64,000 nt of DNA from an uncultured Clostridia bacterium (lineage in GTDB: Bacteria > Bacillota > Clostridia > Oscillospirales > Acutalibacteraceae), in NCBI GenBank assembly GCA_944380675.1, contig CALWIH010000002.1, forward strand, positions 280 to 64,279, read 5' to 3'. Position 1 is the first letter of the stretch, and every line of letters begins with the position of its first letter. The notes beneath the pieces are model-generated. The model had not been told where the DNA came from and did not search any database. It was given only the letters and a program-made list of their open reading frames with translations. Below, in pieces: positions 1 through 7,167 of this stretch. The position numbers and the translations under genes were made by a program.

Positions 1-2253
1 GCCGGTCTTCACGAACTCGTAGCGGATGGCCTGCAGGTAATGGCGCATATGCACCTCTTTGCCGTCGCCGTCGGAGGCGGCAAGGAAGGCGGCGTTCAGG
101 ATGCAGTTCTTGATGTTGCCTCCGACGAACTCGAACCGTTCCGCAAGGAAGCGCAGGTCGACGTCGTCGGCCAGAGGGGTGCCCTTCGGGATCGTCGTCT
201 TCCAGAGGATGTAGCGCGTCTCCGGGTCAGGGAACTGGAACTCGACGATGAACTTCATGCGGCGGAAGAACGCCGGGTCGATGTTGTGCTTGTAGTTCGT
301 CGCGAGGACGGACACACCGTCGTACGCCTCGACCTCCTGCAGCAGGAGGGCCGTCTTGTTGTTGTTGCTCGCCTGGTTGCTGCCGCCGTCGTCGCTGCGC
401 TTGGCGAAGAGCGTGTCGCACTCGTCGAAGAACAGAACGACGTTGCACTTTTTCGCCTCGCGGAAGATCATCGAGATGCTCTTTTCCGTCTCGCCGACGT
501 ACTTGTCGATGACCTTCGAGAGGTCAACGCGGTACAGCTCGAGGTTCAGCGCGTTCGCGAGCACCTGCGCGCACATCGATTTGCCGGTGCCGGGCGCGCC
601 GAACAGCAGCACGGAAAGGCCGCGGCCGTACGGGTACTTGCGGTTGTAGTCCCACTGCTCGTACACCTGCTTGCGGTAGCGCATCTGGTCGCACGCGTGC
701 TCGAGCGCTTCGCGCTGATCCTTCGACATGACGATGTCGTCCCAGGTGTAGGTGGCCTTGATCTTCGTGGCCTTCTTCGTCAGCTCGTGGCTCATCTGGT
801 TGTAGCACGCCTGGAAAAGGCACGAGCGCACAATGTTGAGATATTTCGCCATCGCCGAGAGCGACTTCGCCTGGCGCAGGGCGTTCTTGATTTTTCCGGG
901 GGTAAAGAGGAATTTCGTCGCCATCTCCTGCAGGTCGACGTCGTTGCACAGGACGTAGTCCTTCGCGTAATGACGCCACACCTCCTCGCGCTCCTGATTG
1001 CTCGGCGTCGGGATCTCGAGCTGCGTGAACTCGATCTGCGTCATCTCGCGCAGAGGAAGCTTGTCACGGCTGACGGTGAACGTCGTGATGCCGTGCTTCG
1101 AGAGCTTCTCGAAGGCCAGATCCATGTAGCCGAAGAACTTCTCCTTCTCCTCCTCATGGTACTCGAGGCTGTCGAGGCAGCAGCAGGCGTCGAGCAGGAT
1201 GCACTCGCGGCACAATCCCCAGAGCGCCTTCTCCACGAAGGAGAAATCATACGCGAACAGCTTGCTGCCGTTGACGGAGACGCAGGCGAGCCCGCGGTCG
1301 GCGCAGAAATGGCGGATGGTGAATTTGCGCCCCGCGCCCTCGTCGCCGAAAAGCGAGAACAGACGTGTGCCGTCCTCGTAGGAGATGGTGAGCGCGTCGA
1401 GCACCTCGCGGTTCGCGATGAACGGATCGAGCTCCTTGTCGTCCGTCAGAAGGGTGAAGAAGCGATCGTAGGTGTCGTCGATCCGCTCCGGATGCTTGCC
1501 GAACAGGAAGTCGATGAGACGCTTGTCGGGCGAAATCGGCGTCGAGAACGGCATCGACGGATCGATGCGCAGGTCAATGACGGGACGGAGCGTCTCGAGC
1601 GCCAGCGACATCTCGCCGTACGCCGTCGTCATCGAGAAGCCGTCTCTGTAGTAGACGCGGGCGGCGGACTCAACCGTCGGCGTCGGGGAGGAGCCGTTCT
1701 GGTTGACAATCTGAAAAATGGACGCGTAATTCGTCTGCGTCGAGGAGAGAATCGCGCACGCAAAGCAGAACAGCGTGAAGTCGTCCATTTCGAGCTTCTC
1801 GCTGAGCGCGTAGAGCGGCAGCGGTGTGACGGCGGGGTCGGTGTGCGCGGCGCGGCTTCGCACATAGCGGAACAGCTCCTCAATGGAGGGAGCCGAAGCC
1901 TCCTGCACGGCGGCGCTCTCCGGCTCAGCCTGCGCGAAGCCGGCGAACAGCTCCATCAGATCGCTGTCCTCCTCGAGCGCGGAGATCCCCTCCGGCGCGG
2001 ACTCCGGCGCTTTCGGCGCGGTGCGGGCGGAGAAGTCGGCCAGATGCTTTTCACAGAGGCTGTAGGCGGAATCGATATCGGGGTACAGAATGTTGCGGAA
2101 GCTCCCGTCCTCCCGGGCAAAGAGATCCATCAGGCTTCGGATATGGGAGGAGAGCTGCAGGTCGACGCAGGAGAACAGATAATCTGTGTATTCGCCGTAG
2201 CTTTCAAACGGCTTCTCCATCGTCTCGGGGGAAAAAACGGCGGTCAAATTCAT
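1..2253 (-). CDS. AAA+ ATPase, eCIS Afp15/Pvc15-like (3' end runs off the window edge)
   Basis: Missing from the ORF track; read by hand from ATG at 2253 (MNLTAVFSPETMEKPF...), open to base 1. C-terminal AAA module has Walker A LFGAPGTGKS, YRVDLSKVIDKYVGETEK, Walker B LFFDECD and ATN..IDPAFFRR. A degenerate first module (GDEGAGRKF) lies upstream. Confidence 0.9.
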   Translation of the reverse strand, partial: MNLTAVFSPETMEKPFESYGEYTDYLFSCVDLQLSSHIRSLMDLFAREDGSFRNILYPDIDSAYSLCEKHLADFSARTAPKAPESAPEGISALEEDSDLMELFAGFAQAEPESAAVQEASAPSIEELFRYVRSRAAHTDPAVTPLPLYALSEKLEMDDFTLFCFACAILSSTQTNYASIFQIVNQNGSSPTPTVESAARVYYRDGFSMTTAYGEMSLALETLRPVIDLRIDPSMPFSTPISPDKRLIDFLFGKHPERIDDTYDRFFTLLTDDKELDPFIANREVLDALTISYEDGTRLFSLFGDEGAGRKFTIRHFCADRGLACVSVNGSKLFAYDFSFVEKALWGLCRECILLDACCCLDSLEYHEEEKEKFFGYMDLAFEKLSKHGITTFTVSRDKLPLREMTQIEFTQLEIPTPSNQEREEVWRHYAKDYVLCNDVDLQEMATKFLFTPGKIKNALRQAKSLSAMAKYLNIVRSCLFQACYNQMSHELTKKATKIKATYTWDDIVMSKDQREALEHACDQMRYRKQVYEQWDYNRKYPYGRGLSVLLFGAPGTGKSMCAQVLANALNLELYRVDLSKVIDKYVGETEKSISMIFREAKKCNVVLFFDECDTLFAKRSDDGGSNQASNNNKTALLLQEVEAYDGVSVLATNYKHNIDPAFFRRMKFIVEFQFPDPETRYILWKTTIPKGTPLADDVDLRFLAERFEFVGGNIKNCILNAAFLAASDGDGKEVHMRHYLQAIRYEFVKTG

Positions 2254-2966
2254 CACGATTCTCCTTCGTCCTGAGAGTAGTGAAACACATAGCCCGCGCC
2301 GCGAACCGTGCGGATGAGGCCGTTGTGCTCCGCTCCGATTTTTCTGCGAAGATTGGAAATATGTACCATCACGGTGCGCGTGTCGCCGCAGCTGTCCGTG
2401 TTCCAGACGTTCTCATACAGCTCGTCGTACAGAAGCAGCGTGTCCGGGTGCCGGATCATGTACATCAGGAGATCAAACTCGATGGCGGACGTCGGGACGA
2501 TCTCGCCGTCTCTGCGCACCTCGCGCAGATCGGTGTCCACCGTCAGGCTTCCGAACTCCAGCCGGTGGGGCTTTTCCTGGCGCTTCAGGCGTTCCTCGTA
2601 GAGCTCCCGCTTGCGCAGGTTCGCCTGAATGCGGGCGATCAGCTCGACGTGCTTGACCGGCTTGACCATATAGTCGTCGCCGCCCTGATCGAGAGCCGAG
2701 ATGATGCTTTCGCTGTCGTCGAGGCAGCTGAGAAAGAGGATGGGGCACAGGCTGTCCTTCTCCCGAATCAGCGGACACAGGGAGTTCCCTCTGCCGTCCG
2801 GCAGGATGGAATCGAGCAGGACAAGCTGATAGCTGACGCGCTCGAGCAGCTCCCGCGCTTCGCCGCAGCTTGCCGCTATGTCGACCGCATATCCGGCGTG
2901 GGTGAGATAGAAGGATGTGATGTTGGCCAGATCACAGTCATCCTCTACCAATAAAATGCGGTTCAC
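2253..2966 (-). CDS. OmpR/PhoB-family response regulator
   Basis: Receiver motifs ILLVEDD, LVLLD, DDYMVKP; winged helix RTVMVHISNLRRKI...TVRGAGY. Its TGA overlaps the ATPase ATG (TGATG). Confidence 0.95.
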   Translation of the reverse strand: MNRILLVEDDCDLANITSFYLTHAGYAVDIAASCGEARELLERVSYQLVLLDSILPDGRGNSLCPLIREKDSLCPILFLSCLDDSESIISALDQGGDDYMVKPVKHVELIARIQANLRKRELYEERLKRQEKPHRLEFGSLTVDTDLREVRRDGEIVPTSAIEFDLLMYMIRHPDTLLLYDELYENVWNTDSCGDTRTVMVHISNLRRKIGAEHNGLIRTVRGAGYVFHYSQDEGES

Positions 2967-3053
2967 AGGCTGAATGCCTCCTTTTGGATGGACCCCCGGT
3001 CTGAACTGTGAGGGTGAGCTGTTCCGCTTCGGCAGAACATAAGAATTATTTTT

Positions 3054-3082
3054 ATTGTATCATGTGCCGTTTTCGCTGTCAA
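3054..3082 (-). promoter_or_regulatory. SigmaA-type promoter for the regulator-ATPase operon
   Basis: Minus strand reads TTGACA-N17-TACAAT with a TGn extended -10, about 90 bp upstream of the regulator start. Confidence 0.75.
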
Positions 3083-3178
3083 ATCCGTAAGGAAAGAGCG
3101 GGAAAGAAAAGCTGTCGTGCTTTCAGAGCGCAGGAAAAGCAGGCATATGCAGAAAAAAGAGGAAAAATCCAGATTGTG

Positions 3179-3202
3179 TGCAAGATTCATTTGCATCTTG
3201 CA
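3179..3202. promoter_or_regulatory. Palindromic operator candidate TGCAAGAT-N8-ATCTTGCA
   Basis: Perfect 8-bp inverted repeat in the divergent intergenic region, overlapping the kinase -35. Confidence 0.45.
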
Positions 3203-3219
3203 GAAATATACGATATAAT
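3191..3219 (+). promoter_or_regulatory. SigmaA-type promoter for the histidine kinase
   Basis: TTGCAT-N17-TATAAT ending 35 bp upstream of the kinase ATG. Confidence 0.65.
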
Positions 3220-3254
3220 GAATCCGTTATTTTAGACAGAATGGTGGGTCTGAA

Positions 3255-4271
3255 ATGGAGGCCACGCGCGTTTTGGTTTTGGCTGCCGCCTCTCTCCTGG
3301 CAGCCGGTCTCGGGGCTCTTCTCCCGGAGCTGCCCTTTCCTGTTCGGCTTCTGCTGATTGCCGCGGCGGCCGGACTGACGGCGCTGCAGCTGTCCTTCTG
3401 TTTGCAGGCCGGAGCGGAGAGGGAGAAAAAGCTTCGCGAGACGCAGCTCCGCCTTGAGGAGGCGGAGCGCCACGGGGAGGAGGCTGCGCAGCGCGTGCGC
3501 GAGGAGGCGCAGAAACGGCAGGCGCAGACAAAGGAAAAGCTCGCCGCGTTTTACAGCAAGGCCTCGCACAGCCTTCGCGTCCCGATTTCCGTCGTGCAGG
3601 GATATGCCGATCTGCTCGGCAGCGGGCTGATTCAGGATGAGAGCGTCAGAAGGGAATACCTCAATAAAATCCGCGAGCGCACGGAGTATATGAGCACCGT
3701 TCTCGGCCAGCTTCTCGCGGAGGCCCGCGTGCAGACCGATCTCAGCATTGCCTTCTGGGACAGGTTTGACCTGGTGGAGCTGCTGCGTCAGATTACCGGC
3801 GATATGCAGGAGGCGGCCCTGAAGCTCGGCACAACCATCCGCCTCGTGTCCGAGGTGCGCCGCCTTCCCTTTGAGGGGGACAGGACCCGGCTGACGCGAG
3901 CCTTCTACAATATCCTGGAGAACAGCCTCAAATATATGAACGCCGCGGGCCGCATCACGGTGACGCTCTCCGTCGTGGAGGGAAAGCAGGTCTTCCTTGT
4001 CTTCAAGGACGACGGCGCCGGGATGGATCGCGAGGAGGCAGAGCACGTCTTCGAGCTGAACTACCAGGGCTCGAACGGAGGGCAGGGCAACGGAATGGGG
4101 CTCTATCTGGTGTATGTCACGGCGCTCGCGCATCACGGAAGCGTCAGCGCGCGCAGCGCGCCGGGAGCCGGTATGACCATCCGGATGCTTCTTCCGCTGG
4201 AGCAGAGGGAGAACGCGGCCCGCAGCCGTGCGCGGGAGGCCGCGCAGCCGGATACGGAAAACGCATCGTGA
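3255..4271 (+). CDS. Sensor histidine kinase (two close N-terminal TM helices, no extracellular domain)
   Basis: H-box SHSLRVPISVVQGY, N-box NILENSLKY, G1 DDGAGM, G2 GNGMGL; 338 aa. Confidence 0.93.
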   Translation: MEATRVLVLAAASLLAAGLGALLPELPFPVRLLLIAAAAGLTALQLSFCLQAGAEREKKLRETQLRLEEAERHGEEAAQRVREEAQKRQAQTKEKLAAFYSKASHSLRVPISVVQGYADLLGSGLIQDESVRREYLNKIRERTEYMSTVLGQLLAEARVQTDLSIAFWDRFDLVELLRQITGDMQEAALKLGTTIRLVSEVRRLPFEGDRTRLTRAFYNILENSLKYMNAAGRITVTLSVVEGKQVFLVFKDDGAGMDREEAEHVFELNYQGSNGGQGNGMGLYLVYVTALAHHGSVSARSAPGAGMTIRMLLPLEQRENAARSRAREAAQPDTENAS

Positions 4272-4323
4272 CGATTGAGGAAATACTTTGTCCAATATGT
4301 CGAAATTCTGCGGAAACACCGTC

Positions 4324-4343
4324 TTTTTAGAAAATCTTTAGAA
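4324..4343 (+). promoter_or_regulatory. Direct-repeat regulator box TTTAGAA-N4-TTTAGAA (copy 1)
   Basis: TTTTTAGAAAATCTTTAGAA, 11-bp period, lying where the -35 of the main operon promoter should be; 19/20 identical to the reverse complement of 42438-42457. Confidence 0.6.
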
Positions 4344-4360
4344 AAGTATGAACGAATTTA

Positions 4361-4369
4361 TGGTATGAT
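4361..4369 (+). promoter_or_regulatory. Extended -10 element of the main eCIS operon
   Basis: TGGTATGAT (TGn-TATGAT) with no recognisable -35 hexamer at 17 bp. Confidence 0.45.
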
Positions 4370-4468
4370 AGGGAGGGTAAAATAGTCCGTTTGAAATGAC
4401 GCGCCGCCGGGCGCTTTTCAGGTTCAGGGAGAGACAGGAACACAAAAATCTGCTGTGAGGTGTATTTC

Positions 4469-6256
4469 ATGGAAAATCGTCAGCTTCTGCCGTTTGAACG
4501 AAACCGCTATTACGTCGGCAAGCTTTTGACCTCTGCTGATTTTCAGGCCGAGCAGAGCTACTTTAACAATAAACGCCGCTTTCTCAATCAGATGATGTTT
4601 GGAGCGGGGATCGTCTGCGGGCTGAGCGTATACAGCCTCGATGATCTCTCCGTCATGGTGGAATCCGGCGCAGCCATCGACGGCCTCGGCCGCGAGATTG
4701 TGGTGGAAAATTCCGTCGTGCGCAAGCTTTCCGCCATCGAGGGCTTCGAATCCCTCACCGGCGAGCACGCCGCCCTCTGCCTGCGCTATCGCGAGGAGGC
4801 CGTGCACCCCGTCTGCACCGTCAACCGGATGGAGCGCGACGAGGAGTATGAGCTCAACCGCCTGCGCGAGGGCTGGGAGCTTTTCCTTACCGACGCGTCG
4901 GAGCTCGGCGGGGAGGAGGCCCCGGAGTCGGAGTTCCTCCTGCAGTCGACGCTCTATGAGGACGCCGATTATTCCGTCACCGTGACGGCGCCCGCCGTCG
5001 CGAGCTGCGGCAGCGCTCTGAAGGTGCTGGTTCGCATTCAGAAGACTTCTGAGGCGGACGGCAGATTTTCCATCGACGGCGTCCTGCAGGCGCCCGCCTT
5101 CCTCACGTCCGACGGCGGCCATGAGGCACGGATTCACGCGGTGGATCTCGCTTTGGAGAAGGACGAGTATTTTGACTGCGTCTGCTGGCTTTCGGCGCAG
5201 CAGCCCGCCGACGAGGCGATTCTGCTGGCAAAGACGGACACGATGCGCATCACGGTCAACGGAGCGGAAAAGCCTGTGCCCGATTCCTTCCTGCTCAAGC
5301 TTTCGGTCTCCTCCGACTCTGTTGAGGACATCCTCTCCCGCGAGGTGGGCCGCGCCAGCCTCGAGACGCGCAGCTTTTCCGCGCCGCCCGAGTACATCCG
5401 GCTCGCCGACATCACCCTGCAGCTGACGAAGAACGCCTACATCATCGACCGCGTCGAGGAGCGCGGCGTGAAGAAATATCTCCATACGACCTCCGGCGAG
5501 GAGACGCGCCGCGCCTACGCGGAATGGTTCTCCGCCGCCGGGACGGACGCGCCCGCCGCAGCCGCGCAGCTGCGCGAGCAGAGAACCGGCGGCCTGACCT
5601 TCCAGGAGCCGCTTTACGCGACCGGCACCTGCGAAATCCCGCTCGGCGACAGAGCGCGCCGCGGCGAGACCTTCTTCTCCGGCGAGATCATGCACGGCCT
5701 CGGCCCCGGCAACGTCTTTGTCCAGGTCGGCTTCGAGTATCTTGCCGAGGACTCCCGCCTCTTCTCGACGGCCCGCAACACGATTTACGGCGACGTCTCC
5801 CTTTTTGAGGCGGAAAAGCTTCCCGTCCCGACGGCGCAGACGGCCGTGAAGGTCATGAACGACCGCGGCAGCTTCGTCGTCGCGGCGCGGCTCGAGAAGG
5901 AGACGTCCTATGTGATGCTCCTCATGCGCTGGGTCGCCGTCAAGATGCCGTCTGAGGACGACCGCGCTCTCCTGCAGAAGATCGCCGACAAGAGCATCAG
6001 CGCCGTGCAGCCCACGATTCTTCTCGGGACGCACGAGAGCTGCTACTTCAACGTCCGCTTCCGCAACATGGAGCCCTGCGGCCTGACGTACGAGCTGACC
6101 GACAGGGATTCCGGCGAAATCACGCCCGACGGCGTATATACGGCGCCGGCGCGCGAGGGCGTGTACGAGATCCGCATCAGCTGTGCCGACGCGCCGCTGA
6201 TCTGCACCTATGCCTATGCGATCGTGAAGAAAAAAGAGCGCGGGGAAGGCGAATGA
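4469..6256 (+). CDS. CIS-associated protein with N-terminal fibre/baseplate-anchor-like domain and C-terminal Ig-like domain
   Basis: ATG 4469 follows GAGGTG (ORF track opens at GTG 4460). I recognise the N-terminus PFERNRYYVGKLLTSADFQAEQSY...RRFLN..FGAGIVCGL from phage-tail/CIS loci. C-terminus GEITPDGVYTAPAREGVYEIRI looks Ig-like. Confidence 0.55.
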   Translation: MENRQLLPFERNRYYVGKLLTSADFQAEQSYFNNKRRFLNQMMFGAGIVCGLSVYSLDDLSVMVESGAAIDGLGREIVVENSVVRKLSAIEGFESLTGEHAALCLRYREEAVHPVCTVNRMERDEEYELNRLREGWELFLTDASELGGEEAPESEFLLQSTLYEDADYSVTVTAPAVASCGSALKVLVRIQKTSEADGRFSIDGVLQAPAFLTSDGGHEARIHAVDLALEKDEYFDCVCWLSAQQPADEAILLAKTDTMRITVNGAEKPVPDSFLLKLSVSSDSVEDILSREVGRASLETRSFSAPPEYIRLADITLQLTKNAYIIDRVEERGVKKYLHTTSGEETRRAYAEWFSAAGTDAPAAAAQLREQRTGGLTFQEPLYATGTCEIPLGDRARRGETFFSGEIMHGLGPGNVFVQVGFEYLAEDSRLFSTARNTIYGDVSLFEAEKLPVPTAQTAVKVMNDRGSFVVAARLEKETSYVMLLMRWVAVKMPSEDDRALLQKIADKSISAVQPTILLGTHESCYFNVRFRNMEPCGLTYELTDRDSGEITPDGVYTAPAREGVYEIRISCADAPLICTYAYAIVKKKERGEGE

Positions 6257-6296
6257 CGCCCGGTATCCTCGCAGCGTGAAAGGGGGGTGAGGCAGG

Positions 6297-7151
6297 TTGG
6301 TTTTTCATGCGGATGATATGCTCCTTTCACCCGTCCGGGAGGTGCTCCGCGGGCCGGTGAACGATATCCTGGTCTGCCGGGATCTGCGCTCCTCTGCGCG
6401 CAGCAGCTACCTCCTGATCGCGATTCGCGACAGAGAGACGGCGAGGCGCGTCCTCGCTGTGCTGCAGAGCTCCCAGCGGGAGACGGGGGGAAAGAGCCCG
6501 TATCTGAAAATGTTCACGGAAAACGAGTATCTCTGCTTCCTGTTCGAATACCGCCCCGAGCGCCGGCTTGACCGCTTTTCCGACGGCCAGCTCACGACGC
6601 CGCAGTCGCGCGAGCGCGTGTGCGTCAACCTTGTGATGGAGTGCCTGTCGAGCGCGCTGCCGTTCCCGCTTCTTTATCTTGCGCTTGAGAAGGAGAACGT
6701 CCACCTGCTGCAGGACGACGGCGTGTATCTCACCTGCTGCTTCGATCTCAGCCGCCTCGACGAGTCGATCGGCGAGGCCGAGTGCGCGGATCGCTGCGTG
6801 CAGATCCTTCTCGACCTTCTGCGCCGCCAGTCGCGGCGTCAGCTCAAGAGCTTTGAGCTTCTGCGGAAAAAATCCGAGCGCGGCGCGTACGGGAGCCTTC
6901 CGGAATTATACCGCGATATCCGCTTCTCCTCGCTCCCCGAGCAGAAGACGCCGTTCCGCAAACGGTTGGCGGCCTTCTGGGAGCGAAACAAGGATCTCTT
7001 TTTCCGCATTCTGCTGCGCGTCTGCGTGATTCTTGCCGCCGCGGCGGTGATTATTCTGATTTGCCAGCTTCTGTTCGGCGGATTCCCGCTGCTTCGCCTG
7101 TTCCAGAACACCTTTGAGGTGATTGGGACGGAAAATCTGACGATGGCCTGA
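6297..7151 (+). CDS. Membrane-anchored protein with probable pseudokinase fold
   Basis: TTG start. LEKENVHLLQDDGVYL resembles the kinase catalytic-loop region without HRD or DFG. Single C-terminal TM (ILLRVCVILAAAAVIILICQLLF). Confidence 0.5.
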   Translation: MVFHADDMLLSPVREVLRGPVNDILVCRDLRSSARSSYLLIAIRDRETARRVLAVLQSSQRETGGKSPYLKMFTENEYLCFLFEYRPERRLDRFSDGQLTTPQSRERVCVNLVMECLSSALPFPLLYLALEKENVHLLQDDGVYLTCCFDLSRLDESIGEAECADRCVQILLDLLRRQSRRQLKSFELLRKKSERGAYGSLPELYRDIRFSSLPEQKTPFRKRLAAFWERNKDLFFRILLRVCVILAAAAVIILICQLLFGGFPLLRLFQNTFEVIGTENLTMA

Positions 7152-7167
7152 AAGGAGGAAGCCCGGA

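Noticed and set aside
40-2274. 744-aa plus-strand ORF
   Set aside because: Antisense shadow of the minus-strand AAA+ ATPase, which carries the real motifs and was missed by the track because it has no stop in the window.
2963-3235. Small ORFs 2963-3196 and 3008-3235 in the divergent promoter region
   Set aside because: They overlap two clear promoters, lack an RBS and have atypical composition.
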